Positions 17,123 to 18,291 of a stretch of DNA of 18,291 nucleotides are shown in pieces. Both the position numbers and the translations under genes were made by a program. Source of the DNA: Bdellovibrionota bacterium (GTDB lineage Bacteria; Bdellovibrionota_C; UBA2361; OMIW01); assembly GCA_044345055.1 (NCBI GenBank), contig JBIJBT010000056.1, forward strand, positions 1 through 18,291, written 5' to 3'. The number at the start of each line of letters is the position of its first letter. Position 1 is the stretch's first letter. The notes under the pieces are model-generated. The model saw only the letters and a list, made by a program, of their open reading frames with translations, made no database searches and was not told the origin of the DNA.

Positions 17123-18291
17123 ATGGAACTAAAAAAAGTCGTTGGGATTGGAGCCTCAGCTGGAGGCTTAGAAGCCCTTCAGGTTATGTTCCAAGGAATT
17201 CCCCTTGAGTCGGGGGCTGCATTTATTGTGGTGCAGCACCTCTCTCCCGATTTTCCGAGCATGATGGATGAGCTGTTGGGACGGACAACCGAGCTGCCAG
17301 TAATGATGGCTGAGCACGGTATGCCGATAAAGCCCAATGTGGTGTATGTGAACGCACCCGGTAAGGAGCTTTCTATTGAACGCTCGCAATTTGTGCTCAC
17401 AGATAGAGAGCCTCCTTTGTCGTTGACGATGCCGATTGACAGGTTTTTTCAATCACTGGCCGAGACCTTTGGGGGAAAGACTGCGGCGATAATCCTTTCT
17501 GGAACTGGGTCTGATGGTTCTCGCGGGATTAAAGCTGTTCACGATGCGGGAGGTTATTGCATAGTCCAGGAGCCCGAAACCGCGAAGTTTGATGGGATGC
17601 CTCGGGCAGCTATTGCGACCGGTGTTATAGATGAGGTTCTACCGCCTGCGGCAATAGGTGGGGTGATCGAAAGATTAACAGGTGAGAGTGAAGAGAGATT
17701 CGAGGGGGACTCTGATTGTGATGAAGACGCATCGGTGCTTCTCTCGATCTATCGGATGCTTTTTGAGTCGTTCGGGATAGATTTTTCGCAATATAAATTG
17801 TCGACGGTTGCTCGACGAATTACTCGCCGCCTTGCTCTTGTTCAGGCGAATTCTCCAGAGGCGTATCTTGAACTGCTGCGAAATAACGACGATGAATTAG
17901 GGAAATTGTATAAGGATTTATTAATAGGAGTAACAGCTTTTTTCCGGGACAAGTCGGCCTATGAGTTTCTTGAGTCTTCTGTAATTCCTGGTTTAGTGGA
18001 GAACTTTGCGGCTGATGGTGAGATTCGGGTGTGGTCTGTTGGGTGTGCAACGGGAGAGGAACCGTATTCGCTTGCGATTCTTCTTCGTGAGGCGTTGACA
18101 TCTCGCAAGATGACCAATCGCATCAAGATTTTTGCAACTGATATTCATCCAACCTCTATCTCCTCTGCAATGGCGGGTATTTATTCCGCTGAAAGTATCG
18201 CCGCACTCTCGGCAGAGCGCCGAGATAGATATTTTACACCCTTTGGGGAGGGTTATCGGGTGAATGCTGACTTGCGGAGCATGGTGACCTT
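17123..18291 (+). CDS. CheB methylesterase-CheR methyltransferase fusion protein (3' truncated by window)
   Basis: Manual translation: MELKKVVGIGASAGGLEAL...VVQHLSPDF...MPIDRFF...ILSGTGSDGSRG...AKFDGMP (CheB, Ser-His-Asp triad), then GIDFSQYK...DLLIGVTAFFRD...IRVWSVGCATGEEPYSLAI...KIFATDI (CheR). In-frame alternative ATG at 17102. Confidence 0.93.
   Translation, partial: MELKKVVGIGASAGGLEALQVMFQGIPLESGAAFIVVQHLSPDFPSMMDELLGRTTELPVMMAEHGMPIKPNVVYVNAPGKELSIERSQFVLTDREPPLSLTMPIDRFFQSLAETFGGKTAAIILSGTGSDGSRGIKAVHDAGGYCIVQEPETAKFDGMPRAAIATGVIDEVLPPAAIGGVIERLTGESEERFEGDSDCDEDASVLLSIYRMLFESFGIDFSQYKLSTVARRITRRLALVQANSPEAYLELLRNNDDELGKLYKDLLIGVTAFFRDKSAYEFLESSVIPGLVENFAADGEIRVWSVGCATGEEPYSLAILLREALTSRKMTNRIKIFATDIHPTSISSAMAGIYSAESIAALSAERRDRYFTPFGEGYRVNADLRSMVT

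Noticed and set aside
17168..18101. Minus-strand ORFs of 94, 73 and 93 aa
   Set aside because: Antisense shadows of the CheB-CheR gene.

Overview
Bacterial chromosomal window, mostly housekeeping and accessory genes, with no phage, CRISPR or transposase gene. In order: an envelope-modification group (partial LPG-synthase-TM/flippase-like gene, ArnT-like GT-C glycosyltransferase, DedA); a membrane-anchored CxxC peroxiredoxin-like (SelL/AhpC-TSA_2-type) protein; clpB; a minus-strand acyl-CoA cluster (HIT hydrolase, crotonase, acyl-CoA dehydrogenase, split B12-dependent mutase large and small subunits); a DUF21-CBS-CorC protein; a 756-aa ankyrin + pentapeptide + unknown-domain protein; a NUDIX hydrolase; tRNA-Lys(CTT); and the 5' part of a CheB-CheR fusion that the ORF track omits. 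Best leads: (1) the mutase has Phe83/Gln201 where methylmalonyl-CoA mutase has Tyr/Arg, so it looks like an isobutyryl-CoA-type enzyme; (2) a ~205-bp MITE-like insertion with inverted ends, a target duplication and a nested third end sits between the two mutase genes; (3) the ankyrin/pentapeptide protein has ~490 aa I cannot assign; (4) the CorC/CNNM-type membrane domain has atypical polar residues. All calls come from reading the sequence by eye; no searches were run.
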